Positions 28,892 through 41,429 of a stretch of 64,000 bases of DNA are shown here, one piece after another; the first letter of the stretch is position 1, and the number at the start of each line of letters is the position of its first letter. Position numbers and translations under genes: made by a program. Below the pieces are notes generated by a model that saw only the letters and a list, made by a program, of their open reading frames with translations, searched no databases and was not told where the DNA came from. Source of the DNA: Thermodesulfobacteriota bacterium (GTDB lineage Bacteria; Desulfobacterota; Desulfarculia; JACQYL01); contig CAXXLZ010000002.1 of assembly GCA_963675595.2 (NCBI GenBank), positions 2,592,001 to 2,656,000 on the forward strand, in the 5' to 3' direction.

Positions 28892-30298
28892 ATGAAGCAT
28901 GTTCTAGTCATCACGCAAGACGCAAAGACCTCCCAGCAGTTCAAGGCTTTTCTGGGGAATGAGTACAAAGTGGAATCTGCGGCGGACCCGATCTCTTCTC
29001 TGCGCGTGTTCGCGTCCAAACGTTGCGAGTTCGTTTTCATCGATATTTCCTTTCTCTCGGACAAGGGAGAGAACGGCCAACCCAACTACAAGACGCAACT
29101 GCAACCCTTCTGGAACCTCAATCCCGCCTCTCATCTCGTGGTACTGGCTCGCCCCGACCAGATTCGTCAAGCGGTCAATGCCGTAAAGGCGGGAGCGAGC
29201 AACTACTTGACGTATCCCATGGACCCGGAAGAAGTGCGGTTTCTCATCGAGAGTCTCACCGAATCCACCCGCTTCCAAGAGGAATTGGACTATCTGCGGG
29301 ACAGTTTCTGGGCTTCCGACGTCCGTGAGCTGGTGCGGACGGACAGTGCGGCCATGAAACAAGTGTACGCCAAAGTGAGAGCCGTTGCCCCCACCAAGGC
29401 CACCGTCTTCCTGAGTGGTGAAACCGGTACCGGAAAGTCGCTCCTGGCCAAACTGATCCACCAGCACAGTCATCGTCGCTCCAAACCGTTCCTCGCGGTG
29501 CACTGCGGAGCCATTCCCGAATCACTGGTGGAAAGCGAGCTTTTCGGTCACGAACGGGGAGCGTTTACCGGTGCCATCCGGAGAAAACTGGGAAAATTCG
29601 AAATCGCCCATGAAGGGACGATCTTTCTTGATGAAATCGGAACCATCTCCCCGTCCACTCAGGTGAAGATGCTCCAGGTCCTGCAGGACGGCACTTTCCA
29701 GCGGGTGGGGGGTGAAATCACAGTGACCGTGGATGTACGCGTCATCGCCGCGACCAATGCCGATCTGAAACGACTGTGTGACGAGGGCGGATACCGAACG
29801 GACCTTTTCTACCGACTGAACGTGTTCCCCATAGAAGTCCCTCCGCTTCGCGCGAGGACCGAGGATATCGCCCTGCTGGTCGAAGCGTTCATCAGAAATC
29901 TCAATCGATATCACCAGAAGGATATCGTCGGGGTCCACTCGGAAGTGCTGGAAGCTCTGCAAACCTACTCGTGGCCGGGAAACATTCGGGAGCTGGAAAA
30001 CATCGTTGAACGCGCATATATACTGGAGCGAAGCTCCATTTTGATGCCTGAAAGCTTCCCCGAAGATATCACGGGAGGCATGCGTCCTCTTCCGGGACAT
30101 CCGGCCGTCGACGTATCCCTTTCCCTTGCGCAGAACCGCAAACGAAACCTCGAAAGTACCGAAAGATTCTATTTGATCAAACTTCTGGAAAAACACAAAG
30201 GTCGGATCAATTCGGCGGCGGAGGCTGCGGGCATCACCACCCGCCAGCTCCATAAACTCATGACCAAATACAATCTCAGGAAGGAAGCGTTCAAGTAA
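28892..30298 (+). CDS. sigma54-dependent response regulator with atypical receiver
   Basis: GETGTGKS, ESELFGHERGAFTGA, IFLDEI, WPGNIRELEN, C-terminal HTH; receiver begins VLVITQD rather than LVVDD. Confidence 0.93.
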   Translation: MKHVLVITQDAKTSQQFKAFLGNEYKVESAADPISSLRVFASKRCEFVFIDISFLSDKGENGQPNYKTQLQPFWNLNPASHLVVLARPDQIRQAVNAVKAGASNYLTYPMDPEEVRFLIESLTESTRFQEELDYLRDSFWASDVRELVRTDSAAMKQVYAKVRAVAPTKATVFLSGETGTGKSLLAKLIHQHSHRRSKPFLAVHCGAIPESLVESELFGHERGAFTGAIRRKLGKFEIAHEGTIFLDEIGTISPSTQVKMLQVLQDGTFQRVGGEITVTVDVRVIAATNADLKRLCDEGGYRTDLFYRLNVFPIEVPPLRARTEDIALLVEAFIRNLNRYHQKDIVGVHSEVLEALQTYSWPGNIRELENIVERAYILERSSILMPESFPEDITGGMRPLPGHPAVDVSLSLAQNRKRNLESTERFYLIKLLEKHKGRINSAAEAAGITTRQLHKLMTKYNLRKEAFK

Positions 30299-30382
30299 GA
30301 GGGGCTTACCGGCCCGTTCAAAGGGCCCGATGAGTGCAACCTGTTACGGGAAAAGTCCCCTCGGGCCCCAAGATGTACGGAG

Positions 30383-32680
30383 TCACCCGGTCGCGGGAAC
30401 CGAGAGGGATTTGCGGAATCGAAGGATGAATCTGGCTCCCTTGTCGGAAATCACTTCCATCGTCCCCCCGAGTTGACTTTCCACCAGCCCTTTGACGATG
30501 TTCAGCCCTCTACCGGGACCGACTTCGAATCGGTAATCCGGTGGGAGTCCGTGCCCGTCGTCCCGAACCTCAATCTCCACAATGTTTTCAGGGTACTCTC
30601 GAGCATAGACGCCCAACGCCCCTTCCGTCCGCCCTTCAAAAGCATGTTTCAGGGCGTTGGTCAGAAGTTCGTTCAAAGCCAGCGCGATGGGCACCGCATG
30701 ATCCACATGAATCGTAACGTCATCCGCTTCGACGTTGAACAGGACCCTCCCGATCGCGCTGCGGAACGACTGCAACAGGTTCCTGCCCAGAGTCTCAGCG
30801 TACTTTTGCAGAGAAATCTCCGCCAAGTTTGAAGATCGATAGATCATCTCATGAATTTGGGCCATGGCAAGGACTTGATCCCTGCACTCCTGAAAGACCG
30901 CCAACGATTCTTCGTCTCGAATCCGGTGCCCTCTGATGCTGAGCAAGCTCGATATGACCTGCATGTTGTTTTTTACGCGGTGATGAATCTCCTGAAGCAG
31001 TACATCCTTTTCTCTGAGAGAGGCGTTCATCTTCTCTTGAGCCGAGCGTCGCTCCTCTTCCAAGGACAGTGCCTTGGCCAGGGTTGATATGATCTGAAGA
31101 TCGGCGGTGGTGAATTTTCTTCTCTTCACGTCCAGAATGCACAGCACGCCGGCCTTTTTTTCTCCCACGATCACGGATTGTCCGAGGTAGGAACGGATAT
31201 TTCCAAATGATTCTCCGAACGAATCCCGGATAGAGGGGCGTGCCGCGATGTCTTCCACGGCCAACGGCCGACCGGCTTCTTTGACGATCACGTCATGACA
31301 AAGGGACCCCTCCGTTTTTCGCTCGGAGGGAAAGTCGGAAGGCATGTTGTGGGAGGCCTCGGTCTTCCATACGGTGCCTTCGTTTTCCAGGCGACCGTAC
31401 AAACAACAGGCTCCGTCCAGAATTTCACAACTTCGTCTCACGATGCTCCGTATATTTTCCGTCGGATCCACCCCCAGATGGTCGAATATCTCGTTGAGCC
31501 GGGACAGTCTGGTTTCCGCTACTTTCCTTTCATTGATGTCGCGGATGAGTTTGACAGAGCGGGAGATAGTACCGTTTTTTTCGGAAATGGGGCAAATCTT
31601 GATCGAGCAATAACGTTCGAAGACCGGCTCGAATCGTTCCTCGTAGTGAGGGATGCCCGTGCGGCGAATCTCCGCCGCCGGGCATCCCGGGCATACGGTG
31701 CTCGATCCTTTGAATACCTCATGGCACGTCCGGCCCACCACCAAGTGGGATTGGGTGTTCATCCAGCCCAGAGCCGCTTTGTTGATCTTTTCAACGCGAA
31801 AGTCACTACCCAGCACAATGACCGCATCGTCGATGGCGTTGAAGAGATCCAGCCAGTCTTTTTGGCTCCTTATCAACGAGTGTTCAGTCCGCTTCCGGTC
31901 GCTGATATCGTGATGGGCGATGACGCTTCGGCCTCGATGATCGGCCATGGGGGTCACGCGCATGAGGAACCATCGCTCCTTATCCGGAGAATGGCAGGGG
32001 TATTCGAGAAGAAATGTCTCTTTCTTCCCCTGGACAACGGCTTGAATTCCTTCCAGGGCCTCCTGTGCGCCTTCAGCCCCCATATCGGAAGCGCGACGAC
32101 AGACGTCATAGTAATTGACGCCCTCTGAAACCCCGGACGGGTGCCCTCCGTTTTCGGAAGCAAATCGAGTCCAGGCCGAATTGACCGCCAGAACGGTCCC
32201 TCCTTCATCCACCACAGCTACGTGCGCCGGCAGAGAATCCAAAATGGCGGCGTTGAACCGTTCGCTCTCCCGGAGTGCGGATTCGGCTTCGCTTCTCCGT
32301 GCATCCGCCGTTGCCGCGTACAAGGCCATTTCGATGGCGATTCGAATGTCGCGATTCTGGTAGGGTTTGATGAGGTATCCGAAGGGAAAGGTGGGCTTGG
32401 CTTTTTCGAGCCGGTCTTCATCCGCGTAAGCGGTCGTAAAGATGACGGGAATCCGGTAGCGGTTTCGAAGGATGTCCGCAGTGTCGATACCGTCCGCGCC
32501 GCCTTTGAGCATGATGTCCATCAACACGACGTCGGGACGGTCCCTTTGGACCACCTCCAAAGCCTCTTCGCTTGAAGAGACGGAGGCGATCACCCGGTAC
32601 CCCATGCTCAGCAGTCGCGCTTCGAGGTCCATGGCGATGATGTACTCGTCTTCGACGATGAGCACTTTGTCTCCGGCCAT
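30383..32680 (-). CDS. cytoplasmic hybrid kinase REC-PAS-PAS-GAF-HisKA_2
   Basis: VLIVEDE...VVLMDIML receiver; two PAS/PAC regions; GAF; EIHHRVKNNMQVISSLL; NELLTNALKHAF; DDGHG. Confidence 0.92.
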   Translation of the reverse strand: MAGDKVLIVEDEYIIAMDLEARLLSMGYRVIASVSSSEEALEVVQRDRPDVVLMDIMLKGGADGIDTADILRNRYRIPVIFTTAYADEDRLEKAKPTFPFGYLIKPYQNRDIRIAIEMALYAATADARRSEAESALRESERFNAAILDSLPAHVAVVDEGGTVLAVNSAWTRFASENGGHPSGVSEGVNYYDVCRRASDMGAEGAQEALEGIQAVVQGKKETFLLEYPCHSPDKERWFLMRVTPMADHRGRSVIAHHDISDRKRTEHSLIRSQKDWLDLFNAIDDAVIVLGSDFRVEKINKAALGWMNTQSHLVVGRTCHEVFKGSSTVCPGCPAAEIRRTGIPHYEERFEPVFERYCSIKICPISEKNGTISRSVKLIRDINERKVAETRLSRLNEIFDHLGVDPTENIRSIVRRSCEILDGACCLYGRLENEGTVWKTEASHNMPSDFPSERKTEGSLCHDVIVKEAGRPLAVEDIAARPSIRDSFGESFGNIRSYLGQSVIVGEKKAGVLCILDVKRRKFTTADLQIISTLAKALSLEEERRSAQEKMNASLREKDVLLQEIHHRVKNNMQVISSLLSIRGHRIRDEESLAVFQECRDQVLAMAQIHEMIYRSSNLAEISLQKYAETLGRNLLQSFRSAIGRVLFNVEADDVTIHVDHAVPIALALNELLTNALKHAFEGRTEGALGVYAREYPENIVEIEVRDDGHGLPPDYRFEVGPGRGLNIVKGLVESQLGGTMEVISDKGARFILRFRKSLSVPATG

Positions 32681-32950
32681 GACCGTCTCCCACGAGCCCG
32701 GATAAAACGAATTCGATATAGGACGTCTTGTTGTCTACAAGAAAAGAATTAAACCTCATCGGAAGGAACAAGACAAGGAAGAATCGGCTCCAGGCGTCAT
32801 TCCCTCATCAACAAAGAGGAAGCCGATCACCATATTCGAACGCGGCCCAACAACCGCGACCTTTGGGAGTGCCGCGTGCCGTGAGGAATTGCCCAAAGAC
32901 GACGGGCGGGGACGACCCGTGGTCACGCATACGGTTTAACGGAAGCCCCT

Positions 32951-32996
32951 AAAAACCATGGGCGTCCGGGACTTTGCCGGCAGATTCCCGGACGCC
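32951..32996 (-). terminator. probable intrinsic terminator downstream of cooC
   Basis: Stem GGCGTCCGGGA...TCCCGGACGCC followed on the - strand by CATGGTTTTT. Confidence 0.55.
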
Positions 32997-33031
32997 GACT
33001 TTCTACTCCCACCGAGTCCTCGGCGTATAAG

Positions 33032-33793
33032 TCAGTTCTGGATGGCTTGGATCATCTTCCCCACGATTTCCTTGGCTACGGTCTGCTGATCATATGGAGA
33101 AATCCCGTTCAGGTCCGCCTCAATGATCGCCGTGTCGTAGGGAATGAATCCCATGAACTCAAAACCCGGCATGTTCTCTTCGAGAAATCGCCGGTCCTCG
33201 GGGCCTCGTATCTTGTTCCCCACCAGTGCAATCCTGCTCAGTCCGATTTCTCCCGCGAGTTTCTGAATATGATGTGCGGTTTCCACACTTCGCCTGCCGG
33301 GCTCCACCACCACAAGGAGCTTGTTCACGGCGCTCGCGGTCCCTCGACCGAGGTGTTCAATTCCCGCCTCCATGTCCATGACCACAACGTCGTCCCGTGC
33401 CAACACGACATGGTTGACCAGAGCCTTCAGCAGCGTGCTTTCCGGGCAAATGCACCCTCCGCCGCCTTTCTTGACGCCTCCCAACCGCATGAGCATGATG
33501 CCGTCCTTTTTCGCGGACAGCTTCTCGGGCAGATCATCCACTTTGGGATTCAGTTTGAACATGCCTCCCACGGAACCCGGTTTCGCCTCCGTGCGCTCTT
33601 CCACCAGTTCCTTCATCTCGGAGATAGGTACGATCTTGTCCGCATCCGGAATGCCCAGTGCGCTTGCCAAATTCGCATCGGGGTCCGCATCTATGGCCAG
33701 AACTCGTTTCCCCGCATCGGCGAGGGCACGGATAATCAAAGACGCAACGGTCGTCTTGCCCACCCCACCTTTACCACTAATCGCTATTTTCAT
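33032..33793 (-). CDS. cooC: CO dehydrogenase/acetyl-CoA synthase nickel-insertion ATPase (CooC/AcsF)
   Basis: MKIAISGKGGVGKTT; IDADPDANL; GGGCICPE (CxC); MDMEAGIEHLGRGTA. Confidence 0.93.
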   Translation of the reverse strand: MKIAISGKGGVGKTTVASLIIRALADAGKRVLAIDADPDANLASALGIPDADKIVPISEMKELVEERTEAKPGSVGGMFKLNPKVDDLPEKLSAKKDGIMLMRLGGVKKGGGGCICPESTLLKALVNHVVLARDDVVVMDMEAGIEHLGRGTASAVNKLLVVVEPGRRSVETAHHIQKLAGEIGLSRIALVGNKIRGPEDRRFLEENMPGFEFMGFIPYDTAIIEADLNGISPYDQQTVAKEIVGKMIQAIQN

Positions 33794-33855
33794 GAAATTA
33801 CCTCCCTCTAGTCCTCGGAATCACAAGAATGTGAGTCAGCCGTCCGCACGGCTTA

Positions 33856-34494
33856 TCATTTCGACCGACTTCGGTAGATGCCCACCAAAGGATACACCAC
33901 CGTGCCCGCGAGCCATGCGATATCTTCGAGGGACAAACAACGAGCCACCGTCTCGTCGAAAAGCACATTCCCGTCCGCCGGAAATTCGTCGTCGCCTTCG
34001 TGAAGTTGAAGAACCATCGGCACCAGAGGAAAAGGATGGAATTGAAACGCGGTGCCGGCCACGCCGGGCTCCTCCACCCCGCCCATCTTTCGAGCGATTT
34101 CTTTCAAAGACTCCGCGTCGTTACCGAAAGTATTCACCAAAGGATCGATGGCTCGCTTTCTAAAGGCCGGATAATAGAATTCGCCGGATGGAATCTCCCG
34201 GTAGGTGATCCACTTGCCCGTGGGCTTGAATCCCCTGGCCCCAAGAAGATAATGAAGAACAAGCACCTTTTCCTGCACCGTGATTTCCCGACCGGTATCC
34301 CCTTCCAGAGGCTCGACATCCATGTAATCGAACCTGATCTTCACCGTCCGTCCGTTGAACGGCAATAGTACCGCCGGAGCGGGATCCGCAACATATTCGG
34401 ATCCACTGCGATTCGCCACCCAACCAGGATCCTGATTCGACAACTCCTCCCGAGCCAAATTGAACGCATTCACATAATCATCCACACGAGCCAT
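33856..34494 (-). CDS. DUF3786-family protein
   Basis: LVLHYL...GKWITYREIPSGEFYYPAF...FPLVPM..L.EGDDEFPA...VLFD...EDI pattern; family often neighbours CODH/ACS genes. Confidence 0.8.
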   Translation of the reverse strand: MARVDDYVNAFNLAREELSNQDPGWVANRSGSEYVADPAPAVLLPFNGRTVKIRFDYMDVEPLEGDTGREITVQEKVLVLHYLLGARGFKPTGKWITYREIPSGEFYYPAFRKRAIDPLVNTFGNDAESLKEIARKMGGVEEPGVAGTAFQFHPFPLVPMVLQLHEGDDEFPADGNVLFDETVARCLSLEDIAWLAGTVVYPLVGIYRSRSK

Positions 34495-34658
34495 CGGAAC
34501 CTCCCTTGATTTCGATCTTCTTTAAACTATATATCCTGCATTGGACCGCTTCAAGGGCGAGAAGCGGTTTCCCGCACCGCCTACAAACCAGTTGACTATG
34601 TTACCCCTTTTCCTTATGCTTCCGGCGAAACCTTCTGATGATAGAGAGGAGTGCCGGT

Positions 34659-35240
34659 GTGAAAAGACTGCTTGTCGGAATCATTTCCATTACCGTCCTT
34701 TTAGGCCTATTCGCCTGCTCGGCGCCCGATACCATTACCAGAAGCGCAGTGGATCGTTTCAAGCTCGGAGAAACGACCCAAGATGAAATCAGAAGCGAAT
34801 ACGGCAATCAGGATTTGATCGCGGAACAGAGCACGCCCGGAGGCGGTCTGGTGAAGCTGAGCTATGCGTACCGCGACCCCAACGATGAAGCTTCGTGCGA
34901 CCCCTCGGTCTACGCCATCAAACAGGTGGACTTCTTTTTCAAAGAAGACAAACTCTATGGGGTTCAGTACATAAGCTCCATGGCGGGCGATTGCACGAAG
35001 TTCGACGACGCCAAAGTTACCGAAATCAAAGTGGGTGAGACCGGAATGGACCAGGTAAAGGAATGGCTCGGCCCCCCCAACGGAAAGTTCCTCGCCGACG
35101 GTCCGGGCATCATATGGCGTTACGTGTACGTCCAGAAGAATATGCACTCCAGAGAATACGACCGACAGAGTTTGGATATTCTGTTCGACGAAGAAGGAAT
35201 CGTACAGGATTTCAAACTGGATTCCTTTATGGGCTCCTGA
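34659..35240 (+). CDS. lipoprotein with two SmpA/OmlA (BamE-like) domains
   Basis: Lipobox LFA-C; repeats FKLGETTQDEIRSEYG and IKVGETGMDQVKEWLGPP...WRY...LDILFDEEGIV; GTG start after GAGAGGAG. Confidence 0.7.
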   Translation: MKRLLVGIISITVLLGLFACSAPDTITRSAVDRFKLGETTQDEIRSEYGNQDLIAEQSTPGGGLVKLSYAYRDPNDEASCDPSVYAIKQVDFFFKEDKLYGVQYISSMAGDCTKFDDAKVTEIKVGETGMDQVKEWLGPPNGKFLADGPGIIWRYVYVQKNMHSREYDRQSLDILFDEEGIVQDFKLDSFMGS

Positions 35241-35267
35241 TCGAAGAGCCGACATTTTCACGGAGTT

Positions 35268-35307
35268 GAAAAAAAGGGACGCCGGACAAAACGGCGTCCC
35301 TTTTTTC
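35268..35307. terminator. bidirectional intrinsic terminator
   Basis: GAAAAAAAGGGACGCCG-GACAAAA-CGGCGTCCCTTTTTTC between convergent genes. Confidence 0.9.
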
Positions 35308-35323
35308 ATGATGATCGATCACT

Positions 35324-37912
35324 TCATTCGGATCGAAAAACAACTTCTCCCGAATCCTCCACGTCCATCATAACTCGATCCCCTTCTTTGAACTTGCCCT
35401 CCAGAAGTCTCAGCGCCAGCTCATTGAGGATGTATTGCTGCAAAGCCCGCTTGAGAGGACGGGCGCCGTATACGGGATCGTACCCCTTATCCGCCAGGAA
35501 TTCCTTTGCCCGTTCCGTGAGTTCCAGGCTCAACGCCTGCTCCTGCAGGCGCTTCCGGAGCAAACCGAGCTGTATCTCGATGATCTGTTTCATCGTTTCT
35601 TTTCCGAGTTTCTGAAATATGACGATATCATCCACCCGGTTGAGAAACTCAGGTTTGAAGTGTCCCTTCAGAGCATCCATGACCCTGCGTCTGATTTCTT
35701 CCACATCCTGTTCGCCCGATTCCGAAATCCATTGGCTCCCGATGTTGGAGGTCATAATGATGACCGTGTTCTTGAAGTCCACGGTCCGACCTTTGCCGTC
35801 GGTCATTCTGCCGTCGTCGAGAATCTGGAGCAGGGCGTTGAACACATCCGGATGAGCCTTTTCGATTTCGTCGAAAAGCACCACGCTGTAGGGTCGCCTT
35901 CGAACCGCCTCCGTCAGGTACCCCCCTTCCTCGTACCCCACGTATCCCGGAGGGGCGCCGATCAGTCGCGCCACCGAATGTTTTTCCATGAATTCGCTCA
36001 TGTCCAGCCGGATCATTGCCTGTTCGTCGTCGAACATGAACTCCGCGAGAGCGCGGGCCAATTCGGTCTTTCCCACACCCGTGGGACCCATGAAGATGAA
36101 TGAGCCAATGGGCCGGTTGGGATCCTGAATGCCCGCTCTCGCTCTTCGTACCGCGTTGGCTACCGCAACGATGGCCTCATCTTGGGCGACCACCCGCTTC
36201 CGCAGATTTTCTTCCATTCGAATCAACTTTTCCCGTTCACCCTCCAGCATCCGCGATACGGGGATCCCCGTCCATTTGGAGACGAGTTCGGCAATGTCCT
36301 CATCGTCCACTTCCTCTTTGAGGAACGAGCCCTCTTTCTGGATATCTATCAGGTGGTCGCTTTCCTCGGAAACCCGCCTTTCCAGATCCAGAAGAGTTCC
36401 GTACCGAATCTCGGCGGCTTTGGCCAAATCTCCGGATCGTTCCGCTTCGGCGGCTTCGGTTCGGAGTCGATCCATTTCCTCTTTGAGCGACTGAATCTTC
36501 TGCAGGGCCTCTTTTTCGTTCTGCCATTTGAGTTTCAGGCTCCGGCTTTTCTCCCCCAGGTCGGCAAGTTCCCGTTCGAGCTGTTCAAGACGCTCCACCG
36601 AACGTTCGTCCTTTTCCTTTTTCAGGGCTTCCCGCTCGATTTCCATCTGAACGGTTCTTCGCTCGATCTGGTCCAGTTCTTCCGGCATGGAGTCGATTTC
36701 TATCCTCAATCGGCTGGCGGCCTCGTCGATGAGGTCCACGGCTTTGTCGGGGAGAAACCGATCCGTGATGTAACGGTTGGACAGCGTCGCCGCAGCCACG
36801 ATGGCCGAGTTGGTGATACGCACGCCGTGGTGAAGTTCGTACCGTTCCTTCAGCCCTCTCAGAATGGCGATCGTGTCCTCGACGGAAGGCTCGAGAACCA
36901 CTATGGGTTGGAACCGCCTTTCCAAAGCGGGATCCTTCTCGATCCGTTTCCGATACTCGTCAATGGTGGTGGCCCCCACACAACGCAGCTCTCCACGTGC
37001 CAAGGCCGGCTTGAGCATGTTGGAAGCGTCCATGGCGCCTTCCGCAGCACCCGCACCCACCATGGTATGAATCTCGTCGATGAACAGGATGACGCCGCCT
37101 TCGGATTCGGCAATCTCCTTGAGCACGGCTTTGAGTCGGTCCTCGAACTCACCGCGATACTTGGCGCCGGCCACGAGTGCTCCCATGTCCAAGGCCAGGA
37201 CGCTCTTGTCGTTCAGACTTTCCGGAACGTCTCCACTGATGATGCGCTGCGCCAAGCCTTCGACAATGGCGGTTTTTCCCACGCCGGGTTCGCCGATCAG
37301 GACCGGGTTGTTCTTCGTTCTTCGAGTAAGGACCTGCATGATCCGCCGGATTTCGTCGTCACGACCGATGACCGGATCGAGTTTTCCTCTTCGAGCAAGA
37401 TCGGTTAGATCTCGGCAATAGCGTTCCAGGGCCTGATACTTGTCTTCCGGGTTCTGGTCCGTTACTCGGTGGCTGCCTCGTACTTCCTGGAAGGCGGCCA
37501 GTAGGTTCTCGCGGGTGACACCCAGTTTTCTCAGCAACTTGGCAATGGAATCGCCCGCTGAAAGTGAGGCCAGAAGTATATGTTCCGCGCTGATATATTC
37601 ATCGTGAAGCTGAACGGCCTCATTCCACGCCTCATCCAGCACCCGCTTCAATTGCGGAGAAATATAGCTTTGCGAGACTCCGGCCCCGGTGATCTTGGGC
37701 AACCGAGCGATGTTGTCCTCCAAAGCCTCCGCCACCTGTTGGGGTCGTACGCCCAACTTCTGAAAGATGGGGTTCAACACGGCGCCGGACTGCGTCATAA
37801 GGCTCTTCATCACGTGCTCGGGCTCGATCTGCTGATGTCCCGACTCCTCGGCGAGGTGTTGAGCCTCACGAATGCTCTCCTGCACCTTCAAAGTCATCTT
37901 TTCAAATCGCAT
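35324..37912 (-). CDS. clpB: ATP-dependent chaperone ClpB
   Basis: Two AAA+ modules ([16 protein letters not shown]), [14 protein letters not shown], coiled-coil M domain, [12 protein letters not shown]. Confidence 0.98.
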   Translation of the reverse strand: MRFEKMTLKVQESIREAQHLAEESGHQQIEPEHVMKSLMTQSGAVLNPIFQKLGVRPQQVAEALEDNIARLPKITGAGVSQSYISPQLKRVLDEAWNEAVQLHDEYISAEHILLASLSAGDSIAKLLRKLGVTRENLLAAFQEVRGSHRVTDQNPEDKYQALERYCRDLTDLARRGKLDPVIGRDDEIRRIMQVLTRRTKNNPVLIGEPGVGKTAIVEGLAQRIISGDVPESLNDKSVLALDMGALVAGAKYRGEFEDRLKAVLKEIAESEGGVILFIDEIHTMVGAGAAEGAMDASNMLKPALARGELRCVGATTIDEYRKRIEKDPALERRFQPIVVLEPSVEDTIAILRGLKERYELHHGVRITNSAIVAAATLSNRYITDRFLPDKAVDLIDEAASRLRIEIDSMPEELDQIERRTVQMEIEREALKKEKDERSVERLEQLERELADLGEKSRSLKLKWQNEKEALQKIQSLKEEMDRLRTEAAEAERSGDLAKAAEIRYGTLLDLERRVSEESDHLIDIQKEGSFLKEEVDDEDIAELVSKWTGIPVSRMLEGEREKLIRMEENLRKRVVAQDEAIVAVANAVRRARAGIQDPNRPIGSFIFMGPTGVGKTELARALAEFMFDDEQAMIRLDMSEFMEKHSVARLIGAPPGYVGYEEGGYLTEAVRRRPYSVVLFDEIEKAHPDVFNALLQILDDGRMTDGKGRTVDFKNTVIIMTSNIGSQWISESGEQDVEEIRRRVMDALKGHFKPEFLNRVDDIVIFQKLGKETMKQIIEIQLGLLRKRLQEQALSLELTERAKEFLADKGYDPVYGARPLKRALQQYILNELALRLLEGKFKEGDRVMMDVEDSGEVVFRSE

Positions 37913-37958
37913 AGGGTTTCTCCTTCCCCCTTTTCTATTCGATTGTGCTCCCTAAAAA

Positions 37959-37982
37959 TAATCACGGAGCTTAAGGTGTCAA
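37959..37982 (-). promoter_or_regulatory. putative promoter motif upstream of clpB (TTGACA-N11-GTGATTA)
   Basis: The same motif with N12 recurs upstream of the DnaJ-class gene at 49881-49905. Confidence 0.5.
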
Positions 37983-38400
37983 CAATCGTAGTTGTGACGC
38001 GTAGTTAAGAGGGATAAACACAAATTCGGGCAGATGAGGACGGCTTAATGAGAAGCGAAGCACGGCTCGAGGATCGCCTCCCCTGCTCGGAATCAGCGAC
38101 GGCCGACTCGCTCCAAGCGGTGAAGAGCCCACAGCCTCCGTATTGTGAGGATGGATAAGGCGAAACCGGTGGCGGAACTCCCGGCTCAATGAGTCGATAG
38201 ATTCTCTGCGTGGGGAAAAGGTGAACGAGCCCTATTCGGAAGCAACTGTGTTCTTTGTCAACTGAGTTGTTTGTCACTGATTCCTATGAAGCTGTAACAC
38301 GGCGCTTGCTAGGCGCGGCACGCGTGGGGCTGCCGCGCGCAAGCACCGCGCCACAGCAGACCACGGCAGCATCGGTTAACCGATGTGATACATAAACCGG

Positions 38401-39565
<1,165 letters not shown>

Positions 39566-39592
39566 TAAATATACAAGGGGGTCCGGATTGGA

Positions 39593-40534
39593 TCAGTCCG
39601 GCAGCTCTCCACCCAGGGCGAGATCCACGAGGGTGTCCAACAAACGTGAAAATTCCAGTCCCGAAGCCTTGGCGGCTTGTGGGAAAAGGCTGGTTTGGGT
39701 CATGCCGGGAATGGTGTTCACCTCGAGAACCTTGATGCGGTCCCCCACCACGAACATGTCCACCCGGCTGTAGCCGCGACAGTCCAGAGCCCGATGAGCC
39801 GCCAGTGCGATTTCCCGAGCGCGTGCCGAGAGCTCTTCATTCAAACGCGCCGGGCAGATTTCCTCCGTGGCTCCCGGAGTGTATTTGGCGTGCAGATCGA
39901 AAAATTCGTGATCCGTTCCGGGAATGATTTCGACCAAGGGCAGCGCCTTCAATCGATTGTTCCCCAGGACCGCGCCGGTGATCTCGACCCCCTGCAAGTA
40001 TTCTTCTACGAGTACTTCGTCGTCGTATTCAAACGCCGTCTCTAAAGCCCCCGGCAGTGCCGATGGAAACCTGACCAGGCTCATCCCGATGCTGGAACCT
40101 TCGCGCACCGGTTTGACCATCAGCGGAAATCCGATACGACTCTCCACTAGAGCAATGTCCACAGGGAGTCGTCGGTTGATCACCATGTCCTCGGGCACGT
40201 CCAATCCGGCTTGTCGGAAAAGAGCTTTGGATATCTTCTTGTTCATGGCCAGGGCCCCGGCCAGCACCCCGGATCCCTGGTAGGGAAGACCGAGTTGTTC
40301 CAGAAATCCCTGAAGCGTGCCGTCCTCTCCTCCTCTGCCGTGCACGCAAATGAAGGCTGCGTCCAGTTCGGAAGCTTTGGACGCCAGGGAAGTCAAGTCC
40401 GTTTTGAGGTCGAAATCAAAGAGAAGGTACCGGTCGGGATCGAAGTGTGCTCTCACCACCTTCCAGCCGGAAATCGAAACTTCCCTTTCGCTGGAAGAGC
40501 CTCCATAAAGAAGGGCGAGCTTAAGGCGTTTCAA
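39593..40534 (-). CDS. ddl: D-alanine--D-alanine ligase
   Basis: LYGGSSSEREVS, HGRGGEDGTLQG, KPVREGSSIG, AKY, LEVNTIPGMT; TTG start after GGAGG. Confidence 0.95.
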   Translation of the reverse strand: MKRLKLALLYGGSSSEREVSISGWKVVRAHFDPDRYLLFDFDLKTDLTSLASKASELDAAFICVHGRGGEDGTLQGFLEQLGLPYQGSGVLAGALAMNKKISKALFRQAGLDVPEDMVINRRLPVDIALVESRIGFPLMVKPVREGSSIGMSLVRFPSALPGALETAFEYDDEVLVEEYLQGVEITGAVLGNNRLKALPLVEIIPGTDHEFFDLHAKYTPGATEEICPARLNEELSARAREIALAAHRALDCRGYSRVDMFVVGDRIKVLEVNTIPGMTQTSLFPQAAKASGLEFSRLLDTLVDLALGGELPD

Positions 40535-41120
40535 GGATACAGGCCTCCAAGTCCTCCGGATTGAAATCAAGGGCCGAAAAAAGCTTCTGCTCCATCAGTC
40601 TGATCGACTCGAAGTTGGCGCGAATCAGCCGTTTATGCTCCTCCGTTCGCCCGTACCGTTCCTCCAGATCGCGAAAACGCTCCTCCAAATCGACCAACTG
40701 GTCATGTTTCACCCGCTTATCCGCATAACAAACGATCTCCCCCTCGGTGATCCATCGCGAATCCGCAGGGTCGGGTCGGTAATGAACGTGTTGGCCGACG
40801 ATTTTCCCCACTTCGGGATAGCCCAACTCCACTAGAAACTCTTCTCCGCTTTCGTCGTGGCGTTCTCGGGTGACAATGGATCGGGTCTTGGTGATGTCGT
40901 GCAGCAAGGCTCCCGCTTCGACCAAGGAAAGATTCAGCGGTAAGCCCACGGACAGATGCCCTCGGGCGAGAACCATGGCGGCTGCGGCCACCAGCAGGCT
41001 GTGATCCAGGATATTCGGCAGCATGTTCGATTCCGCGATGATCGCAAGACACCCGGCTCGATCGGGAATGACGGCCGGCGCGTGACCGATGTTCGAAATC
41101 TGGAAAGAAAATTGATCCAT
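40521..41120 (-). CDS. HD-domain metal-dependent phosphohydrolase
   Basis: NILDHS...GALLHDITK...H...IVGQHV...YADKRV. Confidence 0.88.
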   Translation of the reverse strand: MDQFSFQISNIGHAPAVIPDRAGCLAIIAESNMLPNILDHSLLVAAAAMVLARGHLSVGLPLNLSLVEAGALLHDITKTRSIVTRERHDESGEEFLVELGYPEVGKIVGQHVHYRPDPADSRWITEGEIVCYADKRVKHDQLVDLEERFRDLEERYGRTEEHKRLIRANFESIRLMEQKLFSALDFNPEDLEACILETP

Positions 41121-41254
41121 CTTGTTCCAAGCGGAATGGACGCGTCTTTCGACTGAGCACGTACCAGGTGATGATGATACGCCGGTTAGCGGAGGATAAG
41201 GCGCGCCTTACCGGCAAAAAAACAGAACCCGTTGACCGGAGGTAAGATTCTGTC

Positions 41255-41361
41255 ACTATAGGACATACAATGAGAGAGTGTCAAGATGATACCATATATA
41301 ACAGATGGAAATTGATTGACTATTACCTATAATTGTAATATAAACCATATAATTTTATATG
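41255..41361. promoter_or_regulatory. divergent sigma70-type promoters with palindromic operator candidates
   Basis: - strand TTGACA-N18-TATAGT (41284-41255); + strand TTGACT-N17-TATAAA (41316-41344); palindrome CATATAA-TT-TTATATG 41346-41361; AT-rich island. Confidence 0.6.
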
Positions 41362-41429
41362 TCTTGGCTCGATCCGACCCCAATTACTAAGAAACGTCAA
41401 GAGTCCAAGCATATCCCAAGGAGATCGGC

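Noticed and set aside
37990-38240. 250-bp non-coding stretch between the clpB promoter and the IS110 right end
   Set aside because: No recognisable RNA family, repeat or credible ORF; lies outside the IS boundaries defined by the CT core
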